Source: an uncultured bacterium (lineage in GTDB: Bacteria; Patescibacteriota; Saccharimonadia; UBA4664). From it: a stretch of DNA of 64,000 nt. Numbering within the stretch: position 1 is the first letter of the stretch; each line of letters starts with the position of its first letter. Positions 9,948 through 19,673 of the stretch are shown one piece after another. The notes beneath the pieces were generated by a model that was given only the letters and a program-made list of their open reading frames with translations, did no database searches and was not told where the DNA came from. The translations under genes were made by a program, and so were the position numbers. The DNA lies in contig CAVRET010000002.1 in NCBI GenBank assembly GCA_963720265.1, forward strand, positions 663,601 through 727,600, written 5' to 3'.

Positions 9948-10461
9948 AACCCCGCCTCGCATTAAGGCCACCCGCGAATACACCGCCGGCGGCGTGGTGT
10001 TTCGGCGCATCGATGACCGCATCGACATCCTCATGATCCAAGACCGCCTCGGCCGTTGGACCATTCCCAAGGGCCACGTTGAACCCGGCGAAAGCTTGGA
10101 GCAAACAGCGCTGCGTGAAGTGGCTGAGGAAACCGGTCTGCAGCGCTTTCGCATCGGCGAAAAGCTCGACACATTGCGCTTTTTTTATCGCAAAGATGGC
10201 AAGCTCATCTTCATGACCACCGACGTGTTTGTCATGGAGGCGCTTGGTGATACCGAAAGCTTAAGCCACGGTGACTCAGCAGGCATCGTTGATGTGAAGT
10301 GGTTTGCAGCCGACCGCGCCCTCAAACTAGTGGAATACCGCGATACCGAGCGGCTGTTCCGCATGTGCCTGGCCAAACTCGATGCGCCGGGGTCAAAACA
10401 TCAGCACCGTCGTCCTCGCCGCCGCCTCGCCACTGCGACCGGAGGCCGCACTAGTGAATAA
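9898..10461 (+). CDS. Nudix hydrolase (Ap4A hydrolase-like)
   Basis: [32 protein letters not shown]; start chosen at ATG 9898. Confidence 0.85.
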   Translation: MNQKAKNRPYRPTKTSKTPPRIKATREYTAGGVVFRRIDDRIDILMIQDRLGRWTIPKGHVEPGESLEQTALREVAEETGLQRFRIGEKLDTLRFFYRKDGKLIFMTTDVFVMEALGDTESLSHGDSAGIVDVKWFAADRALKLVEYRDTERLFRMCLAKLDAPGSKHQHRRPRRRLATATGGRTSE

Positions 10462-11146
10462 CCCGGAGTTGGCCGACTTCCAGCAGCGCCTCGCCGTAAC
10501 TTTCAATGACCCACAGCTACTCGAACGCGCCTTTATCCACCGTTCGTACCTCAACGAACACCCTAAGCTTGGTCTCGAGCACAACGAGCGCCTGGAGTTC
10601 CTGGGCGATGCAGTGCTCGAATTGGTAGTAACGGATCACCTCTACCGCAATTACCCGAATCCCGAAGGAGACCTCACCAACTGGCGCTCGGCCCTTGTTA
10701 AAACCGAATCGCTGGCCGCCGCCGCCGACAAGCTGCAGATTGCGCCCTATTTCAAGCTCAGCCGTGGCGAGGCCAAGGGCAACGCCAGATCGCACGCCCT
10801 CATTTCTGCCAATGCGGTTGAAGCCATTATCGGTGCGATCTATCTGGACCAGGGCTACGATACGGCCGCCGACTTTATTAATGAGCATATCGTTTCCCGC
10901 CTGCCAGAAATTCTCGAAACCGGAACTTGGATGGACCCCAAAAGCAAGTTCCAAGAGCTGGCCCAAGAACGTTACGGCCTAACCCCCGTCTACAAAGTTA
11001 TTGAAGAATCCGGCCCCGACCATGACAAGGTCTTCACTGTCGGCGCCTATGTTGGCGACAAGCGCTTCGGCCAAGGCACTGGATCATCCAAGCAGGCCGC
11101 CCAACAAGTTGCCGCTGCCACCGCCCTCAAGCAAATTAAGCAGTAA
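10454..11146 (+). CDS. rnc: Ribonuclease III
   Basis: HNERLEFLGDAVL signature; C-terminal dsRBD (DPKSKFQE, GPDHDKVF, G.SKQAAQQ); GTG start inferred. Confidence 0.95.
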   Translation: MNNPELADFQQRLAVTFNDPQLLERAFIHRSYLNEHPKLGLEHNERLEFLGDAVLELVVTDHLYRNYPNPEGDLTNWRSALVKTESLAAAADKLQIAPYFKLSRGEAKGNARSHALISANAVEAIIGAIYLDQGYDTAADFINEHIVSRLPEILETGTWMDPKSKFQELAQERYGLTPVYKVIEESGPDHDKVFTVGAYVGDKRFGQGTGSSKQAAQQVAAATALKQIKQ

Positions 11147-11221
11147 TAATTGCAAAAAACTTAAAGCATGTTATAATAAATAAAGAATAATTAGTACCCA
11201 ACCATCCGAATACACCAAGAG

Positions 11222-11836
11222 GTGCACATGCCTTGGGAAAGAGTTGAGCGGCGAAACCAACAGCCACTTCCGGCCGGATGCTGCCGGCTGATTGTGGTTG
11301 ATCTGCTAACGCTTATTACCAGTCCGCTATTTTCCGATCACGGCCAGTTCAACAAGCGGCTTGCGCTCGGAGACCGGGCTGACCGAAGTGGTAATGTCGC
11401 CTGGTTTGTGGTTACCGCACTGCCCGCAGCCGAGGCGCATACCTACCTGCATCCCTACCTCAATGTGTTCTTCCAGCAACGACGCTGGGCGCAGTCCGGG
11501 TTTAGCTGCCGGGTCAAGTATGTCAGCATCGAGGGCCGGACCATCACTGAGCGCGACTACCAATATGCCGGCATTCAAGCGCCGACCGCCATCGTGTATG
11601 TGACCTGTGCATCCGACGACACGGGCCTGCCGGCACGGCACGACTGGGCCCATCTGCTCCGCACGGCCGTCGGCGCCAAATCGGTTGAGCCGGGATTCGG
11701 GGAAATCGAGGACCTCATCCCCGCTCTGCCCGCTGGATCCGGCTTTGAGCACCTTGTCGTGCTCCGGTATTCTAGGGAAAAGCCCGGCTACTTGGTCGCG
11801 CTATTCAGATGGAGAGAGGTAACGGGCACCGGTTAA
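11222..11836 (+). CDS. Hypothetical protein
   Basis: 204-aa ORF behind TTGCAA...TGtTATAAT promoter (11150-11177) and AGAGG RBS; no recognised motif. Confidence 0.55.
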   Translation: MHMPWERVERRNQQPLPAGCCRLIVVDLLTLITSPLFSDHGQFNKRLALGDRADRSGNVAWFVVTALPAAEAHTYLHPYLNVFFQQRRWAQSGFSCRVKYVSIEGRTITERDYQYAGIQAPTAIVYVTCASDDTGLPARHDWAHLLRTAVGAKSVEPGFGEIEDLIPALPAGSGFEHLVVLRYSREKPGYLVALFRWREVTGTG

Positions 11837-11954
11837 CGGCCCTGTTTGGCAAGGAGGTTTCGCGCCCGCGCGATTTACCCTGCCAGACAGGGCCTCTTTG
11901 TTATCCGTAAGTGCTTGACGCAGGCCTCATTTTTAAGGTAAACTGGCCTTCGTT

Positions 11955-12332
11955 ATGTTAACTATCCGATTGAGCCGCACCGGCCGCAACAAATATCCCA
12001 CCTACCGCATCGTCGCGGCCGAATCAGCTCGTGCCGCCACCGGTAAGTTTGTCGCGGTGCTCGGCCACTACAATCCCCACACCAAAGAGCTGGTATTGCA
12101 AAAAGACGCCGTTAAGACTCACCTCAGCCACGGCGCTCAGCCCTCCAACACCGTTATCAAACTCTTACAGCGCGAAAAAGTTGAGCTGCCCGACTGGGTC
12201 AAGCTGAAAACGAAGCAGTCGAAACCCAAGCACGAGCCTGCTGAAACCAAGGCCAAAGCCGCCGAGGCGCCAGCTGTCAAGGAAGAAGCCGGCGAGCAAG
12301 CCGAAACTACCCCCGTCCAAGCGCAAGAATAA
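11955..12332 (+). CDS. rpsP: 30S ribosomal protein S16
   Basis: MLTIRLSRTGR..PTYRIV, LGHYNP, GAQPSNTV. Confidence 0.95.
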   Translation: MLTIRLSRTGRNKYPTYRIVAAESARAATGKFVAVLGHYNPHTKELVLQKDAVKTHLSHGAQPSNTVIKLLQREKVELPDWVKLKTKQSKPKHEPAETKAKAAEAPAVKEEAGEQAETTPVQAQE

Positions 12333-12400
12333 TAAAGTTGTCGCACATAAAATGTTATTATGGGTACAACCGCAACCTCTAACGTAAAGGAGTGCCGGCA

Positions 12401-12817
12401 ATGCCTGATATGGATCAAGAATTTGTTGAATATGTTGTGAAGGCTCTCGTGGCTCATCCCGAGGATGTGTACGTCCGCCGTTCCGTTGATGACATGGGTG
12501 TTCTACTGGAGCTCACGGTCAACCCCGATGACATGGGTAAAGTCATCGGTAAGGCCGGTGCCACTGCCAAAAGCATCCGTACGCTCTTACGCGTGCTTGG
12601 CAGCCGCAGCGACGCCCGAGTCAATCTCAAAATCATCGAGCCTGAAGGCGCGAAATCGCCTGAAGATGGCGCCGCCGGTGCTGATACAGCTGAGGCTGCA
12701 GCCGATAATGTTTCGGCCAAAACCCCAGAACCCGCCGACCCCGAAGCGGATCGCCAGGCCGACCTGCTCGCCCGCACCAAGAGCGAGTTTGACGACCTCG
12801 ACGACCTGGATCTATAG
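12401..12817 (+). CDS. khpA: KH-domain RNA-binding protein (KhpA)
   Basis: DMGKVIGKAGATAKSIRTLL GxxG motif; follows rpsP. Confidence 0.88.
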   Translation: MPDMDQEFVEYVVKALVAHPEDVYVRRSVDDMGVLLELTVNPDDMGKVIGKAGATAKSIRTLLRVLGSRSDARVNLKIIEPEGAKSPEDGAAGADTAEAAADNVSAKTPEPADPEADRQADLLARTKSEFDDLDDLDL

Positions 12818-12838
12818 GCCTAACAACCCAGCATTTGT

Positions 12839-13426
12839 ATGCCAATATCAAAACTGCACGTAATCGGTGGGGCGCCACTCACCGGTAAAACAACTTTGGC
12901 CGCAGGCATCACCGAGCCTCAACACGCTATAATGCTGTCCACCGACAACATTCGCACCTGGATGCAGAGCATCTGCAGCCCCGCCGACTTCCCTCATCTT
13001 TTCTCTTCACATAATCTCAGCGCCGAGCAATACTACCAAAAATTTTCCACAGCTGAGTCAGCACTCCAAGAAGAAATCGATCAGGGTCGAGATGTTGGCG
13101 TCGGCGTTATTGAGCTATTAAGCATCCAAAACCTACCTTGGGACCATGTCGTGCTCGAAGGTATCGCGGTTACACCTGAGTTCGTCTCTGTGTTAGCTGA
13201 AAAACTACCTGAAGTCGATTGCGAAGCTACATTCCTCTACGACAACGACTTCGATCGCATCAAGCGTCGAGTATATGGCAGGGGGCTTTGGTCTGAAGCA
13301 AACGCCTACTCAGACACGATTAAGCCGATTGAAGTTGAATGGACGATTCTTTATAACGAATGGTATCGCGAGCAGGTCAGAAGGTTCAGATTCGAGATTA
13401 CGCCGGTCAAAGAGAACCAACCATGA
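12839..13426 (+). CDS. P-loop kinase-like protein
   Basis: IGGAPLTGKTT Walker A, STDNIR, VVLEG. Confidence 0.7.
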   Translation: MPISKLHVIGGAPLTGKTTLAAGITEPQHAIMLSTDNIRTWMQSICSPADFPHLFSSHNLSAEQYYQKFSTAESALQEEIDQGRDVGVGVIELLSIQNLPWDHVVLEGIAVTPEFVSVLAEKLPEVDCEATFLYDNDFDRIKRRVYGRGLWSEANAYSDTIKPIEVEWTILYNEWYREQVRRFRFEITPVKENQP

Positions 13427-14103
13427 AAATCGACATCATCACGCTCTTCCCCGACATGTTCAAAGGCCCGTTTGATATGAGCATGTTGTGGAAGGCACAG
13501 GAGCGGAAACTGGTGCAAATCAAATTCCACGACCTGCGCGAGTTTGGCCTCGGGGCACGCCGCACGGTCGACGACACACCCTATGGCGGCGGCGACGGCA
13601 TGGTGCTGCGGCCCGAACCGGTCGTAGCGGCCATTGAAGCCGCCAAGGCTGAAAATCCGGATGCCCGCGTAATCGCACTCACACCCAGCGGCCGGCGCTA
13701 CGATCAGGCCGTTGCAAGCGAGCTCAGTCAGCTGCACGGGATCGTGCTCATAGCCGGCCACTACGAGGGCTTTGACGAGCGCATTATGGCCTACGTCGAC
13801 GACCAGCTATCCATTGGCGATTATGTGCTTACAGGCGGCGAACTTGCGGCCATGGTCGTGGTCGACAGCGTGGTCCGCCTCATTCCCGGAGTTCTCGGAG
13901 GTGAACAGTCTGCCCACGACGAATCGTTTAGCGACCCAAACCTACTCGAATATCCTCACTACACCAGACCGGTTGAGTTCCGCGGCTATCGCGTGCCCGA
14001 CGTACTCCAATCCGGCCACCATGCCGACATCAAAACCTGGCGAAGGGCCCAGGCCGAAGCCAAAACCAACCGGTTCCGCCCCGACCTAACGCCAGAGACA
14101 TGA
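13423..14103 (+). CDS. trmD: tRNA (guanine37-N1)-methyltransferase
   Basis: ITLFP, VDDTPYGGGDGMVL, GHYEGFDER, SIGDYVLTGGE, LEYPHYTRP. Confidence 0.96.
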   Translation: MKIDIITLFPDMFKGPFDMSMLWKAQERKLVQIKFHDLREFGLGARRTVDDTPYGGGDGMVLRPEPVVAAIEAAKAENPDARVIALTPSGRRYDQAVASELSQLHGIVLIAGHYEGFDERIMAYVDDQLSIGDYVLTGGELAAMVVVDSVVRLIPGVLGGEQSAHDESFSDPNLLEYPHYTRPVEFRGYRVPDVLQSGHHADIKTWRRAQAEAKTNRFRPDLTPET

Positions 14104-14546
14104 AAAAAGTTCAGCTTCGATACGTTGTCTCTAATATGTCCGATGACGAATTATGGCACTTGGTAAGAGATATTGAGTCGTATCCACAGCGCATCAAGTA
14201 TTGCAAAAAAGTCTATGACATAGATTTTAAGCACGGGGGGAGCTATACCGATGTCACAACCCTGCTCTGGATCCCTGCGACCATCCGGCACCAAATCGTG
14301 TCAGCCAAATATCCCACTGAGATCAAGTACTTCTTGAGCATGCCTTTAGGGGCTACCAGCAACTATTCCTTCAAACTAAAGCACAAGCAGGGAAAAACTA
14401 TTTTGGAAGTAGAAGTTGATTTCGATCTCGGCCATCACCACTTGCCGTTACTGCCCAGGATTGTCGGGTTTGTACTGGCGCGGCGATTGGTTAGCATGCT
14501 TAAAAGTGGGCTTCCGGAATTCGAGCCCGAGGTGTCCGTAACATGA
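14100..14546 (+). CDS. SRPBCC/START-like family protein
   Basis: LWHLVRDIESYPQRI N-terminal motif; ATGA coupling with neighbours. Confidence 0.6.
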   Translation: MKKVQLRYVVSNMSDDELWHLVRDIESYPQRIKYCKKVYDIDFKHGGSYTDVTTLLWIPATIRHQIVSAKYPTEIKYFLSMPLGATSNYSFKLKHKQGKTILEVEVDFDLGHHHLPLLPRIVGFVLARRLVSMLKSGLPEFEPEVSVT

Positions 14547-15358
14547 GCCGCTCTTACTTGGACGACCGTAAAAAAATCATCTCATCTGCTCTTATTGGGC
14601 TGACAGTGGTGAGCGGCTTCGTACTCATGGGCCTGCAGGCCGAGCCCGCCGGCTGGTTGCTGCTGGCCACTGCCGTCGCCGCCACCTGGTTTTCCCGCGA
14701 TCCGTCGCGCCGCCACCTGCTCCCGATCCAGGGCTCGCTGATATTGCTCGGGCTCACTCCCATCGACACCAACATCGCGCTCTGGCACATGGTGTACATG
14801 GGCACAACCATCGCGCTGGCCGTCGCCATCCCCGCCTACCTGTCAATCAAAATCTACCGCGATGGCGTCATCCGTTTCCCGTTCCGCACCGGCCGCCGCT
14901 GGTACCGCAGCGAAATCCTCTACATCCTCTTCACGGCCGCCGTGGCTTACCTGATCTTGCCGTTCTACTTCCATGCCACCGGCGCTTACCACAATTGGCC
15001 GGTGTTACCCGGCGCCCGCAACCTCATCACGCTCTTCATTGGCACCAATGGCCTCGGCATCTGGGACGAACTCTTTTTCGTCGCTACCGTCATGGCCACC
15101 TTCCGTTGCTACCTCGACTTCAAATGGGCCAATCTTGCCCAGGCCGTTTTATGGACTTCATTCCTCTATGATCTCGGCTTCACTGGCTGGGCGCCGTTGC
15201 TTATTTTCCCGTTTGCAATGCTGCAAGGCTACATTTTTCGCCGCACCGACTCGCTTATATACATAATCACCATTCATCTCACGCTCGATCTCGTGCTCTA
15301 CTTGACGCTCATCCACGCCTATTATCCTGCTTGGATGCCGATCTTCATCACTGGCTGA
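14543..15358 (+). CDS. CPBP (CAAX protease-like) intramembrane protein
   Basis: Multi-TM; WDELFF, QGYIF, HLTLD motifs. Confidence 0.75.
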   Translation: MSRSYLDDRKKIISSALIGLTVVSGFVLMGLQAEPAGWLLLATAVAATWFSRDPSRRHLLPIQGSLILLGLTPIDTNIALWHMVYMGTTIALAVAIPAYLSIKIYRDGVIRFPFRTGRRWYRSEILYILFTAAVAYLILPFYFHATGAYHNWPVLPGARNLITLFIGTNGLGIWDELFFVATVMATFRCYLDFKWANLAQAVLWTSFLYDLGFTGWAPLLIFPFAMLQGYIFRRTDSLIYIITIHLTLDLVLYLTLIHAYYPAWMPIFITG

Positions 15359-15380
15359 ACCCGCACTGGCTCACCAAGAA

Positions 15381-16433
15381 TCATTGCTCAATATACTGCC
15401 ACAGCTGCTGCGATAGGCTGGCAAACTGGGCCGGAGCATTGCCTGGCTGCGCCCACGGGCCACTCATCACAACCACTACGTAATCGGCCCTGAGCCCATA
15501 CACAATGCCGGCGTCGTGCACCATGTTGTCCAGGTTGCCAGTCTTGTGCGCGATTACTGTACCGGCCGGCAGACCCTGCGGCAGGCGATCGTTTATCAAC
15601 TGGTTCTTCAGCAATCCTAAAAACGCCGTATTCGAGTCCGGCGAATCCAGCGTGTTGTCATACAGCCGCTCAAACAGCGTAGCCACGTCCCGGGCGCTTG
15701 TTTGCTGGGGCGTGGTGAGGTCGGTTTCGGTAAAGCCCTGCGCGTTCAGAGCCGGATTCTGTTCCCCCCAGTCCAGCAGGTTGCCGAGCACCAAACCACA
15801 GGTGTTGTCCGAAAGCGTGATCATGCGATTCAAGCAGGTACCGATTGTAGCGTTGCTACCACCGCCAGTCGCAGTGCTATACGACAACGTTTTTGCATCG
15901 ATCATGTGATAAATTTGTTCAGCCACAAACAGCTTGTACAAACTCGCGCTCTCCATCGATCGATCAGGATCAATACTCGCTGTCGCCCCGGTGTGCAGAT
16001 CCTGCACCACAATGGCAAACTGACCATCGTGCTGACCGCCCACAAATTGGTTTAGGAGCTGTTGCAAGCCGGCTTGCTCAACCGCCACTGACCGAACCGG
16101 CAGCGCCGTAGCAGCCGGGGTGGCTTCACTCGCTGCCCGCACACCCGATTCGGGTGGTGGTGCCAGTACGCGCACCACAATAGCCGAGGTCACAAACGCC
16201 AACATTACCAACCCGGCCGCTGCTGCCGGTCGTCGCCACGCCGTATTACTCAACCACAACAACATCGGCCGCTTGGGCACAGCCAACATTGGTGCCGACT
16301 TTGGCCGGGGCCGTCGCACGCCGTCCATGCGCACATAGGTGCGCGCCCGCGCGGGCACAACCCTCCCGGGCGGCCTTGCCCGCTGTATAGGCGCGGACGC
16401 CACCCCCCGAACTCCGTCCACCCGCGACTTCAT
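15381..16433 (-). CDS. Membrane-anchored serine hydrolase, class A beta-lactamase fold
   Basis: SLYK (SxxK), SDN, HKTG, HDAGIV motifs; TM segment. Confidence 0.85.
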   Translation of the reverse strand: MKSRVDGVRGVASAPIQRARPPGRVVPARARTYVRMDGVRRPRPKSAPMLAVPKRPMLLWLSNTAWRRPAAAAGLVMLAFVTSAIVVRVLAPPPESGVRAASEATPAATALPVRSVAVEQAGLQQLLNQFVGGQHDGQFAIVVQDLHTGATASIDPDRSMESASLYKLFVAEQIYHMIDAKTLSYSTATGGGSNATIGTCLNRMITLSDNTCGLVLGNLLDWGEQNPALNAQGFTETDLTTPQQTSARDVATLFERLYDNTLDSPDSNTAFLGLLKNQLINDRLPQGLPAGTVIAHKTGNLDNMVHDAGIVYGLRADYVVVVMSGPWAQPGNAPAQFASLSQQLWQYIEQ

Positions 16434-16487
16434 GTCTTAAGTATAACCTAAGCGTATAATGAGAGTCGTAATGTTGGAGAAGAAAGT

Positions 16488-16883
16488 ATGAAACTTACCA
16501 GACTACTCCCAGCCACCACGGTCTATGCGCACTGTGATCTGCCGTGCGGCGTTTACGATCCCGCCCAGGCCCGTATTGAAGCCGAATCCGTACTCAAAAT
16601 TATGCAAAAATATGGGGATTCAGACGATCAGGTCTTCCGCACCCGTTGCCTTATCCTCAAAGAGGAACGCGCGGAGCTGGCCAAACGACACCTCTGGGTG
16701 CTCTGGACCGATTATTTCAAGCCCGAGCACTTGGAGAAGCACCAAAACCTGCACGATCTATTTTGGCGTGCCACCAAAGCCGCCGGCCAGGCCAAGCATT
16801 CGGTCGATCCGGCCGACGGCCAAAAGCTCCTCGACCTGATCGCGGAGATAACCGATGTCTTTAACGCTACCAAAAAAGCTTAA
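16488..16883 (+). CDS. sodN: Nickel superoxide dismutase precursor
   Basis: Ni-hook HCDLPCGVYDP after a 14-aa leader; LWTDYFKP. Confidence 0.95.
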   Translation: MKLTRLLPATTVYAHCDLPCGVYDPAQARIEAESVLKIMQKYGDSDDQVFRTRCLILKEERAELAKRHLWVLWTDYFKPEHLEKHQNLHDLFWRATKAAGQAKHSVDPADGQKLLDLIAEITDVFNATKKA

Positions 16884-17181
16884 CCTGAGGCGCCTGCGCC
16901 CGCTTGGCCTGTACCGTGTTTCAGGACACAGCATGGAGCCCACGTATGAGCCCGGGGACACATTGCTCGGCCTGCACTGGTTTGCGCCGCGCCGGGGTCG
17001 GGTAGTAGTAGCGCGTACCGCGGGCGGGCGGCCGCTCATCAAGCGCCTCGCGGCTGTCGACCGGGTAAAAGGCACTGTCATACTTCTCGGCGACAATCCG
17101 GCCGCCTCTACTGACTCACGCCATTTTGGGCCGCTCCCGGACAGTGCGCTTGAAGCCGTGATCATTGCGAGACTGCCATGA
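16855..17181 (+). CDS. sodX: NiSOD maturation protease (S26 family)
   Basis: VSGHSMEPT, LIKR, GDNP..STDSRHFG; adjacent to sodN. Confidence 0.9.
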   Translation: MSLTLPKKLNLRRLRPLGLYRVSGHSMEPTYEPGDTLLGLHWFAPRRGRVVVARTAGGRPLIKRLAAVDRVKGTVILLGDNPAASTDSRHFGPLPDSALEAVIIARLP

Positions 17182-17624
17182 GGGTCCATATGCGCAATGC
17201 TTTCTTGCGCGCCTATCGCGAGCTCATCGGTGACCGCCGCCGCCAAATCCCGTTCTGGATTCTGGTCGGGTTTTTGCCAACCTACATAATTGCCCGCACG
17301 CTCGTCGCCACTGATCCAAGCCTCTTTCTCAACATCCATGGGGTGCATGTGCATCACTTCATCTACGGCATCATCGTTTTGGCCGTGGTCGGCTTTATAT
17401 CACTCGTCTCGCCCGAGTTTCCGCCCCGGCCCTGGCTGGCTGCTGCATATGGGGTCGGTCTCGCCCTGTCATTTGACGAATTCGGCATGTGGGTACATCT
17501 CACCACGAATTACAATCTCGACTCATCCGAAGACGTCATGACCGGACTGCTGGTTTTTCTCGTCGTTCTCGTCTACTTCACGCGGCTACTCAGGCGCACC
17601 CTGCGCTTCGTTCGCCACCCCTAG
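17178..17624 (+). CDS. Integral membrane protein
   Basis: Four hydrophobic segments, HVHHFIYG and FDEF motifs; coupled to sodX. Confidence 0.7.
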   Translation: MRVHMRNAFLRAYRELIGDRRRQIPFWILVGFLPTYIIARTLVATDPSLFLNIHGVHVHHFIYGIIVLAVVGFISLVSPEFPPRPWLAAAYGVGLALSFDEFGMWVHLTTNYNLDSSEDVMTGLLVFLVVLVYFTRLLRRTLRFVRHP

Positions 17625-18198
17625 CCAAATGGAAACCTCCGGTGGCCAAGCTGGAGGGCCGGGCCACCGGAAGCTCTAATCTGACTGGCGCCACCTGGTC
17701 CCTCGCCATGAGCGTAGCCATTGCGTCACTTGCGCCGATCACCCGCAAGCCTTGCTCGAGGCAACCGAGCGCTCGCTCAATTGCCACCTCAACGCGTTCA
17801 TTCGACGCGGTCGGCGAAAAAGCATATGGGCAATGCGCGAACACTGCGAGCCATTGGGCTGCCCATATGAACTCCAAATCGAGCCCCTCGATACCTCTGA
17901 ACATCGAACCGTGAAGCTCGAGCAGCCTATCCTCGGAGTGCCCATCAAAGCGCAGGTCGCGCAGACCAAGCACATTGGTGAATCCACTGTAAGCCGGCTC
18001 GATACCAACGCGCACCAGCCGCTGAATCCGACTGCGATCTCCGAGCCCCCTCAAGCACTCGGGGAGGTTGGCCATAATGCGCTTCAGTTGCCGAGCCGCA
18101 TCCGGATCGGCCTTCGTACTAGTTGCATCAGCAATTGTCATACAATGTCCCTCGCGAGAGTCGATCGTGGATTCGGTCGTGCAGACACTTGTGCCCAC
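17590..18198 (-). CDS. Hypothetical protein
   Basis: Long ORF, probable start at MTIADA after GAGGG; no motif. Confidence 0.4.
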   Translation of the reverse strand: MGTSVCTTESTIDSREGHCMTIADATSTKADPDAARQLKRIMANLPECLRGLGDRSRIQRLVRVGIEPAYSGFTNVLGLRDLRFDGHSEDRLLELHGSMFRGIEGLDLEFIWAAQWLAVFAHCPYAFSPTASNERVEVAIERALGCLEQGLRVIGASDAMATLMARDQVAPVRLELPVARPSSLATGGFHLARGGERSAGCA

Positions 18199-18364
18199 AA
18201 ACCGGCACTCTACACGGTCCGAACTAGATAGTCCTCAGGGCATTGTCCAAATTCCAATTGCGCGCCGCCCGCGGGTCTTTGGCGATACAACAAACAGCAT
18301 AACCGGCGCCGCTCTTGAGCCATCGCGCATTTATCTCTATAATTGCCCCTTGAACCAACCGTAA

Positions 18365-18439
18365 TGGGGCGTGGCCAAGTGGTAAGGCGCTTGATTCTGG
18401 CTCAAGAGATCGTAGGTTCGAATCCTACCGCCCCAGCCA
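18365..18439 (+). tRNA. tRNA-Gln (anticodon CTG)
   Basis: TGGGGCG acceptor/CGCCCCA-G-CCA, D loop GCCAAGTGGTAAGGC, anticodon arm CTTGA-TTCTGGC-TCAAG, T loop GGTTCGAATCC. Confidence 0.96.
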
Positions 18440-18533
18440 GGAATTATTTGGCTTTGCAAAGCCACTATTCATAACCGCAGTTTCGTCTGTTTTAATTTAT
18501 CCCTCCGTTAAGCCATTATTTGGTTCGAATCCT
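18429..18533 (+). repeat. Cassette left-end repeat, copy 1
   Basis: Gap-free alignment with 19523-19627 (first 28 nt identical: CGCCCCAGCCAGGAATTATTTGGCTTTG). Confidence 0.9.
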
Positions 18534-18654
18534 ATTGCTCCATCTGGACAGCATTGCAGTTTTATGGTAGAATATAGTAATCCTACTCTGGGTTTTCTCT
18601 CTACCCGGCGCCAAGGAGCTTTGTTCACACGTCAAAGAGAGATTTTGGAGACTG

Positions 18655-19317
18655 GTGATGACTCAGACCGACGGTACCGGCCCAATCGCCGTACTGGAGC
18701 CCCGACTCGGCTTCCCCGGCAGCCGCGACACGCGACCACTGTCGGGAAACGTGCCTAGCCTGGACATCCCCGCCCTGCTGGACCTCGGCTATGGCCCACG
18801 CATCGTCCCATTGCGCCGGGCCAGTACACCCATGCCAGACGGCGCGTTCAACGTCGTCCAGGTCCGCAGCGGCCGCATCGACTACTGCTGGAACCCGACC
18901 GTAATGCCTGGTTCCGACCGTCACTGGATCGAACAGGTGGCCGGGCTCGAGCTGACCGCCTTCGTGGCCATCGGCGTTATCGGCGCAGATGGTTTCCGGA
19001 TCCTGCCCAGCAACGTCCGCACCAACAACGGCTACCTGGTGTTCTACACCCGCTGGCCGGTGTTCAAGTCGCCTGGGTCCGACGAGGTCATAAACACCGG
19101 GTTCTACTACCGGCTGATCCGCTTCGATACCTTCGACAACGACCCCGCCAAGGGCGATGTCCTGCGTGTCAGGATTGCTCGGCCGGGTGGTCGCGGCTAC
19201 CTCTTCGGCGAGGACCCTGATACCCATCTGGTGTTCATCAACGACCCCGACCCCTGGATGGGCCTGATCTGGGCGGCCCGAGACGGGTACAGAAGGGAGT
19301 GCCAGGTCAGTCCGTAA
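18655..19317 (+). CDS. Cassette 1 cargo, hypothetical protein
   Basis: 220-aa ORF with GGAG RBS, followed by hairpin. Confidence 0.65.
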   Translation: MMTQTDGTGPIAVLEPRLGFPGSRDTRPLSGNVPSLDIPALLDLGYGPRIVPLRRASTPMPDGAFNVVQVRSGRIDYCWNPTVMPGSDRHWIEQVAGLELTAFVAIGVIGADGFRILPSNVRTNNGYLVFYTRWPVFKSPGSDEVINTGFYYRLIRFDTFDNDPAKGDVLRVRIARPGGRGYLFGEDPDTHLVFINDPDPWMGLIWAARDGYRRECQVSP

Positions 19318-19331
19318 ATCACTACCTCCGC

Positions 19332-19361
19332 CCGGGAAAGCGACCCCCATCGCTTTCCCGG
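19332..19361. terminator. Hairpin after cassette 1 cargo
   Basis: CCGGGAAAGCGA-ccccca-TCGCTTTCCCGG inverted repeat. Confidence 0.65.
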
Positions 19362-19392
19362 ACTGAGCCAAGTTCTTAACTAGATTAAGCAT

Positions 19393-19590
19393 TTAGTTCA
19401 GTCTCCCACATTTACCGGCTTCGTCTCCATCATCCAGCAATCTGTGGATCTCATTGGTCTCGTGATCAAGCTTTTTTAGCTCATCCCAGGTCAAAGGCTC
19501 CCCAGTTTGGAACAAGACCTCTCGCCCCAGCCAGGAATTATTTGGCTTTGTTAAGCCACCGTTCAACGTCCCAATTTCACTAGTTTTCAT
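19393..19590 (-). CDS. att-spanning micro-ORF, copy A
   Basis: 65 aa, GGAGG RBS; SWLGREVLFQT...EIHRLLDD. Confidence 0.6.
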   Translation of the reverse strand: MKTSEIGTLNGGLTKPNNSWLGREVLFQTGEPLTWDELKKLDHETNEIHRLLDDGDEAGKCGRLN

Positions 19591-19627
19591 TTATGCCTCC
19601 GTTAAGACATTATTTAGTTCGAACCCT
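19523..19627 (+). repeat. Cassette left-end repeat, copy 2 (att-like)
   Basis: Direct repeat of 18429-18533 at offset 1094. Confidence 0.9.
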
Positions 19628-19673
19628 GCCACTCCCATAGAATCTTGATGTTATTGCCATGTAAGATGAACAC

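Noticed and set aside
15381-16433. Bona fide beta-lactam resistance gene
   Set aside because: It has SxxK/SDN/KTG but is membrane-anchored with no clear omega-loop ExxLN; more likely a cell-wall serine hydrolase.
18625-19392. 255-aa minus-strand ORF
   Set aside because: Shadow of the plus-strand 220-aa cargo, which has an RBS and terminator and matches the orientation of the other cargos.
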